From the NCBI GenBank assembly GCA_910586595.1, contig CAJUJB010000010.1:9534-73533 (forward strand): a stretch of DNA of 64,000 bases, read 5' to 3'. The DNA is from an uncultured Muribaculaceae bacterium. Its GTDB lineage: Bacteria; Bacteroidota; Bacteroidia; Bacteroidales; Muribaculaceae. The notes below the pieces were generated by a model. It was not told the DNA's origin and did no database searches. It saw nothing but the letters and a program-made list of their open reading frames with translations. Made by a program: the position numbers and the translations under genes. Positions 62,194 through 64,000 of this stretch are shown here, piece after piece. The stretch's first letter is position 1. Each line of letters begins with the position of its first letter.

Positions 62194-62220
62194 GGCTATT
62201 CTATTGTCTGAAAATATAGC

Positions 62221-62255
62221 GGGCTGCACGGTAGATGTCTCTACGGCGCAGCCCG
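62221..62255. terminator. bidirectional hairpin terminator
   Basis: gggctgc...gcagccc outer stem with an imperfect inner stem, followed by a T6 run. It lies between convergent gene ends. Confidence 0.55.
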
Positions 62256-62278
62256 TTGTTTTTTAGGAATGACGGGTA

Positions 62279-62797
62279 TTATTCAGCAGCCAGAGGTGCG
62301 GGCTGGTTATATACGCGTGTGGCGAGTTCCTGGTCGAGCATGAAGAGGGCGAGACCGTTGTCGCCTACGAGTTTGAGGCGGTCGATGAGGTTCTGTGCAG
62401 TTTCTTCTTCCTCTACCTGCTCGGCTACGAACCAGTCGAGTTTGCCACGGGTGGCGTAGTCGTGTTCCTGCTCTGCAAGTGCGTAGAGGGCGTTGATCAT
62501 GGCAGTAACCTTTTCTTCGTGCTCGAGGGTTGCCTCGAAGGCTGCCAGAGGAGATTCCCATGTGGTGGGAACGGCTTCGATGGCTTTGAGTTCTACGCGG
62601 CCACCGCGTGAGAGGAGGTAGTTGATGAAGATTTCGGCGTGAGCCTGTTCTTCCTTGAATTGGATGCGGAACCAGTTGGCGATGCCTGTGCGGCCTTCGG
62701 CCTCGAAGTGCATACCCATGGAGAGGTAGAGGTAAGCCGACCAGAATTCGGCATTGATCTGCGCGTTGAGCGCGTCTTGAATCTTAGGACTGATCAT
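62279..62797 (-). CDS. ftnA: ferritin (non-haem)
   Basis: 172 aa. The ferroxidase-centre pattern is NAQINAEFWSAYLYLSM...EEQAHA...LEHEEKV. Confidence 0.85.
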   Translation of the reverse strand: MISPKIQDALNAQINAEFWSAYLYLSMGMHFEAEGRTGIANWFRIQFKEEQAHAEIFINYLLSRGGRVELKAIEAVPTTWESPLAAFEATLEHEEKVTAMINALYALAEQEHDYATRGKLDWFVAEQVEEEETAQNLIDRLKLVGDNGLALFMLDQELATRVYNQPAPLAAE

Positions 62798-64000
62798 TTC
62801 TGTATGTTTTTAAGTTGAATGTTTTCGGTTGGAGTATCTTTTTTTATCGCGAGGCCGATAGGGCGCCTATGGTCTGCCGAGCGGTCGAGCAGATGCTCGT
62901 ACGTGAAATTCTCGGTGAGTCCTGTGGTGTCGGCTGTGGCATGGATGAGTACCATTGTGCCTGCCGGACATGTGGCCGCCTCTTCGAGTGAGCTTATCGG
63001 GCGGATGCGGTCGTGAAGGTAGAAGTTGAGTGAGTAGAGGCGATATGTGTCGAGGGTGTAGATGGCTGCCTCAGGGTCGGCAGAGAGGCGTTCGACGGCC
63101 TTGAGGTCACTCTTGGGGTTGAGCACAGCGGGCATGCCCACCGCCACATATGCCAGATACAATGCCCACACCGTTACGCAGGTATGGCCGATGGGGCTGT
63201 GGCGGTTGATAATCCATGCCACGCCTGCCCCCAATGGGATGACAAGCAGTATGTATCCCCACCAGGGTATAGGGCTGAGCTGGAGCCAGGGTTGTGGGAA
63301 AATCTGAAGTGCCACAATAGCCAAGGGGGCGATTACTGCGAGTATGGCCATGAACCAGGCGAAGAATTTCACTGGCTTGATTGCCCTGGTATTATCCAGG
63401 AGTGAGGTTATGCCATAGCATATGAAGGGGTAGGCGGGCAGGAGATAGACTGAGCGCTTACTCTCCGGAATGCAGTAGAATCCGACCACGAGCACGGCGG
63501 CGCACAGGCTGAGCAGACCGGCCGGCTTTAATGGTTCACGTCTGAATTTGCGCGCCGAGAAGCACGAGGCGAGCAGGAATATAGTCCAAGGCAGGAGACC
63601 TGCGATGAGTGTTATGAAGTTATACCATATGGGATTGGTATGGCTGCCATACGACATGTTGCCGGTCAGACGTCCGATATTCTCTTCCATCATAAGGTCG
63701 TAGAAGTGGTCACCCCCACGCTGCCAGGCTTCGTAGAACCACCATGCCGGCAGAACAAGCGCCAGGGCCGACAACCCGAGCATTTTTGCAAGCGTGGGCC
63801 AGAAACGGTCGCCCCGCAGCAGGCGGTAGACGCCTATCACAAAGCAGGGCAGAAGAGCTCCAACCGGCCCTTTGGTGAGTGTGGCGCAGGTGAGCAAGGC
63901 CCATACGGCCACATATAGCCAGCGTTTGCTTCGTGGGCGGTGCTCGCGTATATAGTACATGAGGTAGATGGCTCCGACCATGCAGGCCGTGAGCACCATG
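62794..64000 (-). CDS. GT-C fold glycosyltransferase, family 39/ArnT-like (N-terminus outside window)
   Basis: Open to the window edge and polytopic. TKGPVGALLP is typical of PMT_2/ArnT-like enzymes. There is an ATGA overlap with the ferritin start. Confidence 0.6.
   Translation of the reverse strand, partial: MVLTACMVGAIYLMYYIREHRPRSKRWLYVAVWALLTCATLTKGPVGALLPCFVIGVYRLLRGDRFWPTLAKMLGLSALALVLPAWWFYEAWQRGGDHFYDLMMEENIGRLTGNMSYGSHTNPIWYNFITLIAGLLPWTIFLLASCFSARKFRREPLKPAGLLSLCAAVLVVGFYCIPESKRSVYLLPAYPFICYGITSLLDNTRAIKPVKFFAWFMAILAVIAPLAIVALQIFPQPWLQLSPIPWWGYILLVIPLGAGVAWIINRHSPIGHTCVTVWALYLAYVAVGMPAVLNPKSDLKAVERLSADPEAAIYTLDTYRLYSLNFYLHDRIRPISSLEEAATCPAGTMVLIHATADTTGLTENFTYEHLLDRSADHRRPIGLAIKKDTPTENIQLKNIQK

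Noticed and set aside
1-64000. Search for CRISPR arrays, rRNA, IS elements or transposases, integrases, reverse transcriptases (retron/DGR) and prophage genes
   Set aside because: I saw no regularly spaced direct repeats and none of the corresponding protein motifs in any listed ORF. The window appears to lack these elements.

Overview
This is a 64-kb chromosomal window that reads as Bacteroidota (Bacteroidales-like). Supporting evidence: many genes sit behind a TAnnTTTG -7 box and lack a Shine-Dalgarno sequence, four proteins end in a T9SS (Por) C-terminal sorting domain, and a serine palmitoyltransferase homologue is present. About 66 protein genes and 2 tRNAs (Cys-GCA, Ala-GGC) are supported. 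I found no rRNA, CRISPR array, transposase, integrase or prophage genes. Most of the window is GC-rich housekeeping sequence: galE-galM, ndk, ackA-pta, lpxH, nagB, rluD-aroE-comEC, tgt, lptF/G, a purF-like gene, bcp, GH3 bglX, iorAB and ferritin. The GC richness produces many long antisense shadow ORFs, which I rejected. Four accessory, visibly AT-richer patches stand out. (1) A two-gene ABC-type ATPase plus RloB/Toprim-like module (33.4-35.5 kb) lies between comEC and tgt. It is an AbiL/RloAB-like candidate anti-phage system and is my best candidate for the interesting system. (2) A lipoprotein gene has its signal peptide split from its body by a G7 run and has a T9 run in its promoter, which suggests phase variation. 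(3) A higBA toxin-antitoxin pair lies next to tRNA-Cys. (4) An AraC-led cluster (52.5-57.6 kb) encodes two hexapeptide acetyltransferases and three apparently exported redox-type proteins: a Tat-signal aldo/keto reductase, a flavodoxin-like protein with a T9SS tail, and a lipoprotein flavodoxin/cyclophilin-like fusion. An AT-rich remnant zone and tRNA-Ala follow it. All calls come from reading translations and motifs by eye. No database search or GC computation was run.
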